From positions 13,640 through 77,639 of the forward strand of contig JAOAJK010000002.1 of assembly GCA_026414225.1 (NCBI GenBank): 64,000 nt of DNA, in the 5' to 3' direction. The notes beneath the pieces are model-generated. The model ran no database searches. It worked only from the letters and a program-made list of their open reading frames with translations, and was not told where the DNA came from. Below, one piece after another: positions 17,055 through 27,101 of the stretch. This DNA comes from Thermoplasmata archaeon. GTDB lineage: Archaea; Thermoplasmatota; Thermoplasmata; Lutacidiplasmatales; SKW197. Both the position numbers and the translations under genes were made by a program. How positions within the stretch are numbered: position 1 is the first letter of the stretch; each line of letters begins with the position of its first letter.

Positions 17055-19754
17055 CTATTTAAGGGTTACTCCTCTCCGTTTCATCATCCTTCTAACTCCC
17101 TTGTCAATTTCAACCAGTGCAATCACAGTGCTGGAAACCAGCAGCACAATTATCCAGTCAGTCGGGGAAAGGGGAGTGGTGTGAAAAACCGCCTGGAATG
17201 GAGGCAGGTAGATAAAAGCAATCTGGAGAACTACCGCTCCCGCCAAACTGAAAAACAGGAATTTGTTGCTCAGCGGGGGAATTCTGAAAATGCTTTCCCG
17301 TTCGGACCTTGAATTCCAGCACTGGAAAAACTGGAAGAATACCATCGTGGTAACTGCAAGTGTTCTGGCATGTTCCAGTGTGTTTCCTGCGGCCAGTGCT
17401 GCCTGAAACACGAGGAGAACTCCCACCGAAATTAGTGTGCCTACGATAATGGTGCGGATGATCAGCACATCGTTCATTATTGGCTCTTTCGGATTGTTTG
17501 GAGGTCTATCTATAACATCTTTTTCACCCGGCTCAAATGCAAGTGCCACATCCTGGAGCCCGTTTGTAACAAGATTTATCCAGATTAACTGAACAGCGAT
17601 GTAGGGAATTGGAAGGTTCAGCATCATTGCAAGGAGAATTGAGATCACAGCGGCAAGCCCCGTGGGAATCAGGAAAAACACGACCTTTCTTATGTTATCG
17701 AAGACCACCCTCCCTTCACGCACAGCGTTGAAGATGCTTGCAAAGTTATCATCGGTCAGCACGATATCTGCTGCTTCTCTGGCAGCATCCGTGCCCGACT
17801 TACCCATTGCCACTCCCACATGGGCTGCCTTCAGTGCAGGGGCATCGTTAACTCCGTCGCCTGTCATAGCAACAATCTCTCCGTGTCTCTTGAGCTGCTC
17901 CGTGATGCGGAGTTTGTGATGCGGGGAAACCCTTGCGTATACGGATACCTTCTTCACGGCGTTAAACAGTTCTTCGTCACTCATCTTATCCAGTTCAGCG
18001 CCCGTGAGCACCTTCGCATTCTTATCAGCAATTCCCAGCATTTCGGCAATCGCCATTGCGGTGATGGCATGGTCACCTGTTATCATCACGACCCGGATCC
18101 CTGCCCTTTTGCATCCCTTTACCGCCTCGATTGCTTCGGGCCTCGGAGGGTCTATCATTCCCTGCAACCCGGCAAATACAAAGCTGTCTTTAACAAGGGA
18201 AACAAGTATCTCATGCGAAATTTTCGTCACTGTTTCCGGCACCCGTGCATATGCAAATGCAAGCACTCTCAACCCCTTCCTTGCAAATTCCCCAGTTACC
18301 TTCATGATTGTTTCACTTTCTACAGTTTTCCCGTCGCAGTCCTTTGCACAAAAACCCAGAACCTTTTCCGGTGCCCCTTTGATAAAGATTATATTTCCCT
18401 CGTGGGAGCCGTGCAGGGTTGCCATGTATCCCCGCTCGGACTCGAAGGGAATTAAGGATAAAAGGGAAAATTTGCGTCTCTCTTCCTCCAGTTTCAATCC
18501 CGCTTTCATCGCTGAGATAAGCAATGCACCCTCTGTGGGGTCACCGTCCACGGAATAGTTTCCATTTTCTTCTTTCAGATTTGACTCGTTACAGAGGAGC
18601 CCTATTCTAAGAACAGTGAGCAGTGTCTCTTCCCTGCCAGGTTCAATCTCCCTTCCACCGAGCAAGAACTTCCCGTCTAAATTATATCCGCTACCCGTAA
18701 CTTCGTATATCTTCCCGGCAGCATACACGCTTTTCACTGTCATCTCATTTTTCGTGAGTGTGCCGGTTTTGTCGGAACAAATCACCGTGGTGCTTCCAAG
18801 GGTCTCCACGGATGGAAGTTTCCTGATAATTGCATTCCTCCTGGCCATTCTCGCCACACCGATGGCCAATGCAATTGTGACGACTACGGGCAAGCCCTCC
18901 GGGATGGTGGCCACAATCGTGGCAATCGATGTGAGCAGCATCTCCTTCACGGTCCTGCCTGTAAGAATTCCGTAAACAAATAGCGCAGAAACTGCAGCCA
19001 GAACAAGCGCTCCGAGCTTCTTGGTGAACTGCGAAATCTTTGTTTGCAGGGGGACCTCTCCTGTGCGGACATCCTTCAAACTTTTTGCAATGCTCCCAAG
19101 GACTGTGGCACTGCCTGTAGCAACAACGACACCCTTTCCTCTGCCATGTGCCACAATCGTGCCCATGAATGCCATATTTTTCTGGTCTCCCAGGGCGAGG
19201 TTTTCTGCCTTCATGGCACTTACCGTTTTCTCGACTGGATAGGATTCACCTGTAAGCATTGCCTCGTTTATTTTTAGTTCAGTGGTTTCTAACAACCGCA
19301 GATCCGCCTGGACTCTCGTACCCGAGCCGATTAGCAGGATGTCTCCAGGCACCACATCCTCGCTCGGAACCTCAATTTCTTTCCCATCTCTCAGCACTCT
19401 AGCTTTCGGCACGACCATCTTCTGGAGTGCCCTTATACTTCTTTCCGCCCTCGCCTCCTGGACATACCCGATGACTGCATTCAGCACCACGACAAGAAAA
19501 ATTACCGAGGCATCCACAAACTCTCCCAGCAACAGGGCAATTGCACCCCCGATAAGAAGCAGATAGATAAGAGGACTCGCAAACTGGTGGAGGAAAATTT
19601 TGATTCTGCTGATGCCTTCTTCCTCAGGAAGCTTGTTTGGCCCGTAGATTTCCAGCCGTATTTTTGCCTCTCCAGATGCAAGCCCCTTTTCAGATGACTG
19701 GAACTTTTCCAGAACTTCCCTTGTATCCAGAGCATACCATTTGCTAGCTGCCAT
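17055..19754 (-). CDS. P-type ATPase, type II (SERCA/PMCA-like Ca2+/cation pump)
   Basis: CSDKTGTLT phosphorylation site, KGAPE, MITGDH, GDGVNDAPALK hinge, PEGLPVVVTIALA in M4, and about 10 TM helices. Confidence 0.85.
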   Translation of the reverse strand: MAASKWYALDTREVLEKFQSSEKGLASGEAKIRLEIYGPNKLPEEEGISRIKIFLHQFASPLIYLLLIGGAIALLLGEFVDASVIFLVVVLNAVIGYVQEARAERSIRALQKMVVPKARVLRDGKEIEVPSEDVVPGDILLIGSGTRVQADLRLLETTELKINEAMLTGESYPVEKTVSAMKAENLALGDQKNMAFMGTIVAHGRGKGVVVATGSATVLGSIAKSLKDVRTGEVPLQTKISQFTKKLGALVLAAVSALFVYGILTGRTVKEMLLTSIATIVATIPEGLPVVVTIALAIGVARMARRNAIIRKLPSVETLGSTTVICSDKTGTLTKNEMTVKSVYAAGKIYEVTGSGYNLDGKFLLGGREIEPGREETLLTVLRIGLLCNESNLKEENGNYSVDGDPTEGALLISAMKAGLKLEEERRKFSLLSLIPFESERGYMATLHGSHEGNIIFIKGAPEKVLGFCAKDCDGKTVESETIMKVTGEFARKGLRVLAFAYARVPETVTKISHEILVSLVKDSFVFAGLQGMIDPPRPEAIEAVKGCKRAGIRVVMITGDHAITAMAIAEMLGIADKNAKVLTGAELDKMSDEELFNAVKKVSVYARVSPHHKLRITEQLKRHGEIVAMTGDGVNDAPALKAAHVGVAMGKSGTDAAREAADIVLTDDNFASIFNAVREGRVVFDNIRKVVFFLIPTGLAAVISILLAMMLNLPIPYIAVQLIWINLVTNGLQDVALAFEPGEKDVIDRPPNNPKEPIMNDVLIIRTIIVGTLISVGVLLVFQAALAAGNTLEHARTLAVTTMVFFQFFQCWNSRSERESIFRIPPLSNKFLFFSLAGAVVLQIAFIYLPPFQAVFHTTPLSPTDWIIVLLVSSTVIALVEIDKGVRRMMKRRGVTLK

Positions 19755-19809
19755 TACCGGTAAAATACGCCATTGTTATATAAAATCTCGGTAGATTTCT
19801 GGGTCCCTG

Positions 19810-19882
19810 TGGGCCGGGGCGGATTCGAACCGCCGACCTCCACGTTGTAAGCGTGACATCATAACCACTAGACTACCGGCCC
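19810..19882 (-). tRNA. tRNA-Val (anticodon TAC)
   Basis: Reverse complement: acceptor GGGCCGG/CCGGCCC, anticodon stem TCACG/CGTGG with loop CTTACAA, and T-arm GGCGG-TTCGAAT-CCGCC. Confidence 0.7.
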
Positions 19883-19969
19883 GTGGATAACCTGCAGAAT
19901 ATTTGGTGGGATTTATTACTTACTCTCTTTTCTGTGGAATAACCTTTAATACTCCTCTCCATTTGCATT

Positions 19970-21502
19970 TTGAGAACGATGCTTGCAAGAAAAACCGTGT
20001 TCGTGATATTGAAGGAAGGGATTGCCGGTGCCCTCGGTTTCATCACCCTTTTCTTTGTCGCCAGATTCATGGGGGCCGAGCCGCTCGGTGTGGCAAGTTT
20101 TGCCCTCGCCTTCGTGAATGTATTTAACATAATTGCAGACATGGGATTCAACGCCGCCCATGTGAAACGGGTTTCTGAAAAGCTGGATCTGAGGAACTGC
20201 ATCGCAGTTTACGCTAGAATCAAGATAGTTCTCACCCTTGCGGCCCTTGGAATATTGGTGTGTTTTCTGGTGCTTCTCGAGATTCTGAAAGTCAACTTCT
20301 ACGATTCAACCTATCCAGAAGTAGTTTACATGATGATTGGTTACTTCATGTTTGTGCAGATAATGTCAATTCCCAAATACACATATGATGCGAAACTCCA
20401 GATTTACAGGAGCCAGCTTGCGGCACTGGCAGGAGTTATCGGGAAGGACATTCTGGTCATAGGTGCAGCGGTGCTGATGACCATTGGACCCTACACGGTG
20501 GTTCAGAAAGGCGTGGCACTTGCTGTCGGCTATATGCTCGAGGTCCTCATCGCGACAGTAATTCTCTACGGGTTCTTTATAAGGGAGGAAAAGATTGGAA
20601 CCTATGACCGGAGGATTGCAAGAAGATATCTTGAATTTGCAATCCCATTTTTCCCAGTGGCAATATTTTCAATGCTCGCAATCAATGCAGACCGCCTCAC
20701 CATCGGATATTTCTGGGATGCGAAGGAAGTCGGGGTTTACACCGCCGTCCAAGCGATTGCGAACATGCTCGTGGTAATCCAGAGTGCGGTAACCCTCGTG
20801 CTCTTCCCGGCGGTTTCTTCACAACACAAGGGCGGGAATCTGAACGAGGTTGTCCGGATGACCAAGGATGCAATGCAATACATTCTTCTTGTGCTGATGC
20901 CTGTTGGCGCAGCAATCACAGTGTTCAGTGCAGACATCATCCATGTCGTTCTTTCAGACGAGTTTCTGGTAGCGGAATACTGCTTCATCTTCCTTACCTG
21001 GTATTACATCCTGTTTTCCGTGAGCAACACCGCGGCGGTTACAATCGGGGGCACCGATAGACCAAAGCTCGGTGCAAGAATCACACTGGTTTCCGCGATT
21101 TCAAACATCCTTCTGAATTTCGCCTTTGTGCCCTGGTGGGGTGCCACGGGTGCTGCCCTCGCCACATTGATGTCAGGCGTAGTTTATTTCATCCTGGCTG
21201 CCTACTTCTCAAGAAAGGTGCTCAGCGCAAATATCTTCCCGCTCCGTGCGGTTAAAATCATGGCTGCTGGAGGTATAACTGTTCTTCTATTTTACGCGAT
21301 GAAATTCACCATTCTTCCGCCCCCGACAGAGATGAGAATTTACACGCTGGTTCCAACCCTTCTCGGGATGCTCGGTTTCTTCCTGCTGGTCCTCCATCTC
21401 GCCGGTGAATTCGGGAAGAAGGAGATCGAGTTCTTCAAGAATGCATTGCACATAAGGGAGATGGGTAGGGGGATAAGAGAAGAGATAAAAATCAGAAAAT
21501 AG
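19970..21502 (+). CDS. Polysaccharide/oligosaccharide flippase (MOP superfamily, Wzx-like)
   Basis: 510 aa with about 14 TM helices and the typical Wzx/MATE-like N-terminal layout. Confidence 0.6.
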   Translation: MRTMLARKTVFVILKEGIAGALGFITLFFVARFMGAEPLGVASFALAFVNVFNIIADMGFNAAHVKRVSEKLDLRNCIAVYARIKIVLTLAALGILVCFLVLLEILKVNFYDSTYPEVVYMMIGYFMFVQIMSIPKYTYDAKLQIYRSQLAALAGVIGKDILVIGAAVLMTIGPYTVVQKGVALAVGYMLEVLIATVILYGFFIREEKIGTYDRRIARRYLEFAIPFFPVAIFSMLAINADRLTIGYFWDAKEVGVYTAVQAIANMLVVIQSAVTLVLFPAVSSQHKGGNLNEVVRMTKDAMQYILLVLMPVGAAITVFSADIIHVVLSDEFLVAEYCFIFLTWYYILFSVSNTAAVTIGGTDRPKLGARITLVSAISNILLNFAFVPWWGATGAALATLMSGVVYFILAAYFSRKVLSANIFPLRAVKIMAAGGITVLLFYAMKFTILPPPTEMRIYTLVPTLLGMLGFFLLVLHLAGEFGKKEIEFFKNALHIREMGRGIREEIKIRK

Positions 21503-21503
21503 A

Positions 21504-22058
21504 TTACTTCGCTACAAATATGTGATACTTTTCCTTCGGATTCTCAAGCTCCAGCTTTATTCTATCAGCAATCAGTTTGTCGGGTGCATGAATTTTCACC
21601 CGCTTCACTATATCCTCGAATGAGGTAAACTTGCCCTTCTTCCTCTCTTCCACAATTGCCCACATTGTTTTCTTTCCCAGTCCTGGTAGCAACTCGAGCA
21701 TATGGAACCGGGTGGTGATTGGCTGGGCGGTGTTGTAGAAATCCACAAACCTCTTTTCCTGTTCCCTAACAATCTGGAGTATCACATATGGGAGTTCAAC
21801 CTGTGCGGTGGGCGTGAGTTCATCAAAGCCAATTCTTTTCTTTATCTGGTGAATTTCGGTTCTTCTCTCAATGTCCTTGCCAATGTAAACCCTGTCCCCT
21901 ATCGATGGCGACACATTCGGCTTGATTATGAGTTCAAACAGTTTGAATTCCATGTCCCCTATTGCCAGGGCGATGGGTTCTTTCTTTATCCGCTTATCAT
22001 CGTATCTTCCCTGTGGCAAAAAGTCAAGAATGTAAGCGTATTCTTCATATCGCTCCAT
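21504..22058 (-). CDS. DUF655-family protein (archaeal RNA-binding/HhH-like protein conserved next to rpoF)
   Basis: The conserved L21e-RpoF-DUF655 gene order, plus the ILDFLPQGR and ELLPGLGKK motifs. Confidence 0.5.
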   Translation of the reverse strand: MERYEEYAYILDFLPQGRYDDKRIKKEPIALAIGDMEFKLFELIIKPNVSPSIGDRVYIGKDIERRTEIHQIKKRIGFDELTPTAQVELPYVILQIVREQEKRFVDFYNTAQPITTRFHMLELLPGLGKKTMWAIVEERKKGKFTSFEDIVKRVKIHAPDKLIADRIKLELENPKEKYHIFVAK

Positions 22059-22081
22059 TTCTCATCTCCCCACAGTACCAG

Positions 22082-22408
22082 TTATTTCTTCGGAATGTAC
22101 TTTTTCACAATTTCCAGTGCGGTGGAAACCTTGTTTTCGTCGACGTCTACCTCCTTCTGAAGGACTGCTCTTGCTTCCTCAGGTGTTGCAGGTAAAATGT
22201 CTGCAATCTTCACAGCTACTTCCTCTGAAAATTTAGCGTTCAACAACTCTTCAATCAGTTTCTTTGTTTCCTTCGCACTCAACCTCGCAAAATTCCCTGC
22301 ATGTTCTCTCGCGGCACTCGAGAATTTTCCCAACTCCCTTGTATTCGCCTCTGCATCCAGATATTCCTTTACCTCGGCCAGTGTGAGATATTTTCGCATA
22401 AAAGCCAC
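22082..22408 (-). CDS. rpoF: DNA-directed RNA polymerase subunit F (Rpo4, Rpb4 homolog)
   Basis: 108-aa helical protein immediately upstream of rpl21e, as in many archaea. The motif EVKEYLD...ETKKLIEEL is Rpo4-like. Confidence 0.6.
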   Translation of the reverse strand: MAFMRKYLTLAEVKEYLDAEANTRELGKFSSAAREHAGNFARLSAKETKKLIEELLNAKFSEEVAVKIADILPATPEEARAVLQKEVDVDENKVSTALEIVKKYIPKK

Positions 22409-22705
22409 CTACTCAGAGGTCCTCTTCAGGTGCTGGGGTGCACAGATAACCTGCTTCAACTTGTTCCCTTCCCTTACCTGGACCAGGTAACATCTTCCCT
22501 GGATGCCGACAACTGTGCCCGTGAGACCATGAAAGCGTGGATGTGGCATACCTTCTGGAGAACTCGGATCAAGAATAATTGCTGCCTTTTCCCCGATCTC
22601 GAATTTCTGAAGATAGTGTGTGACGGGGGGCATGCCCTTTTCTCTTGGCTTTTTTCTCAGTATTCCTCTTGTCCTGCATCTTATTCCTTTTGACGCCTTT
22701 ACCAT
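22409..22705 (-). CDS. rpl21e: 50S ribosomal protein L21e
   Basis: THYLQKFEIGEKAAIILDPS....HPRFHGLTGTVVG matches the L21e family. Confidence 0.8.
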   Translation of the reverse strand: MVKASKGIRCRTRGILRKKPREKGMPPVTHYLQKFEIGEKAAIILDPSSPEGMPHPRFHGLTGTVVGIQGRCYLVQVREGNKLKQVICAPQHLKRTSE

Positions 22706-22707
22706 AT

Positions 22708-23937
22708 TTATTCCTCCAGCATGTCGTTTATCCGGATTACATCCAGTGTTTGTACCCTGCAGGGCACACCTGTGAGTTCAGCAATACTCGGTGTCGTTCG
22801 TCCCTGGTCACCAGAGACAAATTCCTTCACATAGGTTCCAGCATCGCACTCGATTTCCAGCTGTGCAATGTGGCCCCGCAACCAGCAGAGCTTCAAGTCA
22901 TGGACTCTTCTCTTTCTTGTGAGGTCAGAGCGTCTGTGTAACACTCGGTTAGGAGTTTTCTGATATATATCCTTTTCCCTCAACTCGTTGATTGCATTTT
23001 CAAGTTTTTCAGGTAGAATCTGGGAAGCAAATTCTACAATTGCCTGGTATCTCTTCGTGGCTTTTTCTTCCTTGATTTTCTCCACGAGTTTCCCGCTTAC
23101 CAGCTTCAAACCCTCAACTTCCACGCGTCCCCTTGCGAATTCGTTTATTTCCTGCTCAAGTTTACCAACATCGAGGGTTCTTTTTACTGGCTCTCGGATT
23201 TCCAGAATAAAGGGTCTGCCGTTGCCCAGCATTCTCACATCTATGTCCTCTCTCCCCATTCCATGGAAGAAGTGTTCCTTACCGCCTGTGGCCTCAATCA
23301 CCTTTGTGGCAACCAGTTCCTGAACACTGGTCTCATACATCTTTCCCTTCCAGTTGCATCTCCTGCAGCCCTTTCCCCTGCAATTCCTGCATAGCCAGCG
23401 TGTCTGTGGAATCTCCCTTGAAAATTTTCTGTATCTGCCAAAGAGAAACAGGGGCCGGACTTCAAGGTGGGCTGTGTCAAATCTTGTGTCCATGATAACC
23501 ACACAATCTGGCTCAGAGAAGTCCGCCCTTTTTCCTGTCAACTCTGAAATCTTTTTACCAAGTTCACGGTTGAATTCCACCTTGATACTCTCTGCGTTTG
23601 TGGCACCCGCGTCAATCACGATTTTTTCTTCCTTTGCAAGAATTTCCTCATCGAATCTAGAGCCGACGAGAAAGGTATGCCATTCAACTGTATCCATCAA
23701 TTCGATGGCAATTCTTGCGTAATGTTCAATTTTCGCAAAGATTCCGTTACAGAGTTCGCACTGCTCCGCTCCCACAAATTTACTGCCGGTTTCCAAAGAA
23801 ACAATTTCAGCGCGATGGATGTTTGTAAAACCAGTGCCAACTCTACCGAACATCCTCCCCAGACAGTTTCCACACAGAGTACGGGTTTTAAGTTTTTCAG
23901 CGACCTTTTTACCGTTCTCGTCAAGAAACATTCTCAC
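22708..23937 (-). CDS. pus10: tRNA pseudouridine(54/55) synthase Pus10
   Basis: N-terminal CxxC zinc ribbon (CGNCLGR...CELCNG), a THUMP-like region, a second Cys cluster (CRNCRGKGCRRC), and the catalytic GREDIDVRMLGNGRPF motif typical of Pus10. It sits next to rpl21e. Confidence 0.55.
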   Translation of the reverse strand: MRMFLDENGKKVAEKLKTRTLCGNCLGRMFGRVGTGFTNIHRAEIVSLETGSKFVGAEQCELCNGIFAKIEHYARIAIELMDTVEWHTFLVGSRFDEEILAKEEKIVIDAGATNAESIKVEFNRELGKKISELTGKRADFSEPDCVVIMDTRFDTAHLEVRPLFLFGRYRKFSREIPQTRWLCRNCRGKGCRRCNWKGKMYETSVQELVATKVIEATGGKEHFFHGMGREDIDVRMLGNGRPFILEIREPVKRTLDVGKLEQEINEFARGRVEVEGLKLVSGKLVEKIKEEKATKRYQAIVEFASQILPEKLENAINELREKDIYQKTPNRVLHRRSDLTRKRRVHDLKLCWLRGHIAQLEIECDAGTYVKEFVSGDQGRTTPSIAELTGVPCRVQTLDVIRINDMLEE

Positions 23938-24158
23938 ATCACGGTAGTGACTTCATACCTGATCTGGGTGCCCTTCAAGGATTTGTGCATCCTGCTTATG
24001 AGTTTCAGAACATCGTCCATCTTTGCCTGCTTCTTCCACTTATACTGGAAGTCATGCATGCCAAACGCTTCTTCAAATCCAAGATCATGCATTATCGGCA
24101 CAATTTCCTCTGGCGATGCACCTTCCGTGCTGAATATCATTCGAACATAGGTTCGCAT
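23934..24158 (-). CDS. Small hypothetical protein (4-nt overlap with pus10 start)
   Basis: ORF only. Confidence 0.3.
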   Translation of the reverse strand: MRTYVRMIFSTEGASPEEIVPIMHDLGFEEAFGMHDFQYKWKKQAKMDDVLKLISRMHKSLKGTQIRYEVTTVM

Positions 24159-24269
24159 GGACTACACCAACAGTAGGAAATACATGATACTATAAATTCT
24201 TTCGCTTCTGCCACCTTGCTCATCCCCGCATTTCTTGGAAAAACATGGAGGTCCTCGCACACCATACAA

Positions 24270-24298
24270 AAAAATTATATATCACCCCCCTTTAAATA
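24270..24298 (+). promoter_or_regulatory. Archaeal promoter (TATA boxes aaaattatatat / tttaaata) for the S13-S4-S11-rpoD operon
   Basis: TTTAAATA at about 24291-24298 lies about 34 nt upstream of the TTG start at 24332. Confidence 0.5.
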
Positions 24299-24331
24299 TC
24301 GCAACACAGATAAGTTTACGGAGGCATTATC

Positions 24332-24922
24332 TTGGCTCCTGAAGAACAGACCAAAGAACCCAAGGAAAAGAAGGGCAAGAAGAAAGAGAAGGAAGCGAAA
24401 CCGGAAGAAAAAAAATCCGCTAAAGAGAAAGGGTTAAAACCGGATTTCAAGTACATCGTTCGGCTCGTAAATACGGATATTTCCGGCCTGAAAAGTGTGC
24501 TCATGGGACTTACCCAGATAAAGGGGATTGGAATCAGGACCGCCCATTCCATTCTGAACACAACCACTCTTCCGAAATTCGAGAAGATAGGCAATCTTTC
24601 AGATGAGCAGATCACGATGCTCGAAGAGGCAATTCAGAATTACTGCAGGAACGGACCGGAATGGGCGCTTAATCGCCAGAGGGACTTTGCAACAGGCGAA
24701 AGTTTCCATCTGCTCGGCACTGACCTCGACCTTGGAAAACTGGAAGATATTAACATGCTGAAGATGATTCGTTGCTACAGAGGTGTGAGGCATGAGAAAG
24801 GGAAGAAGGTGCGGGGCCAGAGAACTGCAAACCATGGCAGGAAGGGCATCACGGTCGGAGTCACAAAGAAACCTGGTGCCAAGACGACCCAGCCAGGCAC
24901 GCAGACCCCGGAGAAGAAGTGA
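24332..24922 (+). CDS. rps13: 30S ribosomal protein S13 (uS13) with Lys/Glu-rich N-terminal extension; apparent TTG start
   Basis: DFKYIVRLVNTDISG...IKGIG core, then the basic C-terminus. No in-frame ATG lies between the TTG and the conserved core. Confidence 0.8.
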   Translation: MAPEEQTKEPKEKKGKKKEKEAKPEEKKSAKEKGLKPDFKYIVRLVNTDISGLKSVLMGLTQIKGIGIRTAHSILNTTTLPKFEKIGNLSDEQITMLEEAIQNYCRNGPEWALNRQRDFATGESFHLLGTDLDLGKLEDINMLKMIRCYRGVRHEKGKKVRGQRTANHGRKGITVGVTKKPGAKTTQPGTQTPEKK

Positions 24923-24935
24923 ATGAGGTGATCAC

Positions 24936-25514
24936 ATGGGCGATCCGAAGAAACCCAGAAAAAAGTTTGATAAACCCTCCCATCCCTGGATTATTGAAAG
25001 AATTCAGGAGGAAAATGAACTTGTGAAAAACTACGGGCTGAAGAACAAGCGCGAAGTGTGGAAGGCAGAATCAATGCTCAGGAGCTGGAGAAGGCAGGCA
25101 AGGGACCTGCAGGCAAGGATCAGGAGGAAGGAAGCCCAGGCGGAGGTGGAAATGAAGAACCTGTTCGGTAAACTCCAGAATCTGGGCGTCCTCACGATGG
25201 ACAACCCCACACTTGACGATGTGCTCGCCCTGGACATTGAAAAAATTTTGAGCAGGCGGCTGGAAACCCTCGTGTACACGAAGGGGCTTGCAAGCTCCTA
25301 CAGGCAGGCAAGGCAGCTCATTGTCCATGGTCATATTTCAGTTAACGGACACAAGGTGACGGTTCCGAGCTACCTGGTGAAAAAAAGCGAGGAACCCACA
25401 ATCCAGTATTTGCCAAAATCTCCCCTGAACGACCCGATGCATCCGTGCAGACCCAAGCTGCGGGAAGAAAAAGACCAGAAAAAAGAGGTGAAGGAGGTGG
25501 AACCCAATGCCTAA
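24936..25514 (+). CDS. rps4: 30S ribosomal protein S4 (uS4)
   Basis: S4 RNA-binding domain [26 protein letters not shown]. Confidence 0.85.
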   Translation: MGDPKKPRKKFDKPSHPWIIERIQEENELVKNYGLKNKREVWKAESMLRSWRRQARDLQARIRRKEAQAEVEMKNLFGKLQNLGVLTMDNPTLDDVLALDIEKILSRRLETLVYTKGLASSYRQARQLIVHGHISVNGHKVTVPSYLVKKSEEPTIQYLPKSPLNDPMHPCRPKLREEKDQKKEVKEVEPNA

Positions 25515-25890
25515 GGTAGGGATTGCGCACATCTTCGCTTCGTACAATGATGTGATTATCACAATTACTGACATAACTGGTGCTGAAACGCTGGCCAGAT
25601 GCTCTGGGGGCATGGTGGTGAAAGCAGACAGGGAGGAGGGCTCCCCCTACGCTGCAATGAAAGCAACTGAGAGGGCAGCGGAAATGGCAAAGGAGAAGGG
25701 TGTGGAAATGGTCCACATCAAGGTGCGGGCTCCGGGTGGCAACAAGAGTTTAACGCCTGGTCCAGGTGCCCAGGCAGCAATTAGGGCACTGGCGCGCTCG
25801 GGTTTGAAGATAGGGAGAATTGAAGATGTGACACCGATTCCCCACGACGGTTGTAAGAAGAAAGGCGGAAGAAGGGGCAGAAGGGTATAA
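25507..25890 (+). CDS. rps11: 30S ribosomal protein S11 (uS11)
   Basis: [25 protein letters not shown]...[10 protein letters not shown] matches uS11. Confidence 0.85.
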   Translation: MPKVGIAHIFASYNDVIITITDITGAETLARCSGGMVVKADREEGSPYAAMKATERAAEMAKEKGVEMVHIKVRAPGGNKSLTPGPGAQAAIRALARSGLKIGRIEDVTPIPHDGCKKKGGRRGRRV

Positions 25891-25896
25891 AGCAAG

Positions 25897-26736
25897 GTGG
25901 CCATAATGAAAATAAAATTTCTTGAACTCACAAACACGAGTGCAAGATTTGTGCTGAGCGATGCCACGCCTGCGGAAGCAAATGCCCTGAGGCGAACGCT
26001 TCTCAGTGAGATTCCCAAGCTTGCGATTGATAAGGTGGAAATCCTGCTCGGAAACATCCGTGATGAGAGCGGGAAAGAGTATGAGAGCGTTACGCCCCTC
26101 TTTGATGAAATCATTGTCCACCGTCTCGCCATGGTGCCACTTCCAACAGACCTTTCGATGAAGTTTCCGTCTGAATGCGGCTGCAAGGGAGAGGGCTGCC
26201 AGTCCTGCTCTGTCATATACACGATCAACAAGAAGGGCCCGGGTATGGTTTATTCAGGTGACCTGATTCCCCTCGGCGACCCTAAGTTCAAGCCGGTGGA
26301 TGACCTGATACCGATTGTCAAAATTAACGAGAAACAGGCAGTGTTGCTGTATGCAACTGCAATAATGGGGAGGGCAAAGGAACATGCTAAATGGCAGGTC
26401 GCGCATGCAGTGGGTTACAAGTATTACCCGGATGTGAAAATCAACGGGGAGAAATGCACCGGCTGCACGGAATGCATAAATTCCTGTCCAAAGAAGGTGT
26501 TTGAAAACCAGGATGGCAAGGTGGTGGCTAAAACAGTGGATGCCTGCGACCTTTGCGGTGCGTGTGTGGAAGCGTGTCCCAAAGGTGCCTTGAGTGTAAC
26601 CGGTAGCGAGAAAGATTTCATTTTCACATTTGAAACTGATGGTTCTCTCTCTGCGAAGGCGGCTTTGATTAAGGCCCTGGATATTCTCTCAACATCCTTC
26701 GGCCGCGTCAAGGATACGCTTTCAATGCTTGGTTAG
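25897..26736 (+). CDS. rpoD: DNA-directed RNA polymerase subunit D (Rpo3) with ferredoxin-like 2x[4Fe-4S] insertion
   Basis: Rpb3-like dimerization domain plus CTGCTECINSCP...CDLCGACVEACP. Confidence 0.8.
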   Translation: MAIMKIKFLELTNTSARFVLSDATPAEANALRRTLLSEIPKLAIDKVEILLGNIRDESGKEYESVTPLFDEIIVHRLAMVPLPTDLSMKFPSECGCKGEGCQSCSVIYTINKKGPGMVYSGDLIPLGDPKFKPVDDLIPIVKINEKQAVLLYATAIMGRAKEHAKWQVAHAVGYKYYPDVKINGEKCTGCTECINSCPKKVFENQDGKVVAKTVDACDLCGACVEACPKGALSVTGSEKDFIFTFETDGSLSAKAALIKALDILSTSFGRVKDTLSMLG

Positions 26737-26744
26737 GCAGAGTT

Positions 26745-27101
26745 ATGGTGCGACGGGGGAGACGGAGAACCAAGGAGGACATCCAGATTGCGGAAGAGCG
26801 GATCCGTCATCTTTTCGAGACCGCAACGGGGTTTTTCAATTCCGGATGGCTGGACCATTCGAGGCGGTGCATTCAACTTGCAAGGAAAATCGGAATGCGT
26901 TACAATGTGAGGATTCCACGGGACCTGAAACGGCTCTACTGCAGACAGTGTCATACGCTCCTGCTTCCTGGCAGGACGGCAAGGGTGAGGGTGAAAAAAG
27001 CCAGGGTGATAATCACATGCCAGAACTGTGGCAATGTCGCAAGATACCCTTATATCAGGGAAAAACTTGCAAGGAAATTGGAACATGCGAGAGGCACATA
27101 A
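26745..27101 (+). CDS. rnp4: RNase P protein component 4 (Rpp21/Rnp4)
   Basis: Basic N-terminal helices and the C-terminal zinc ribbon CRQC...CQNC characteristic of Rpp21. Confidence 0.6.
   Translation: MVRRGRRRTKEDIQIAEERIRHLFETATGFFNSGWLDHSRRCIQLARKIGMRYNVRIPRDLKRLYCRQCHTLLLPGRTARVRVKKARVIITCQNCGNVARYPYIREKLARKLEHARGT

Noticed and set aside
17662-19566. Several 85-210-aa plus-strand ORFs within the P-type ATPase gene
   Set aside because: They are antisense to a gene with full P-type ATPase motifs. Their Ser/Pro/Cys-rich composition is a reverse-frame artefact.
24340-24440. aag/gaa-rich simple repeat, checked as a possible CRISPR array or tandem repeat
   Set aside because: It is coding low complexity, the Lys/Glu-rich S13 N-terminal extension. 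It has no repeat-spacer periodicity. No CRISPR array was found anywhere in the window.
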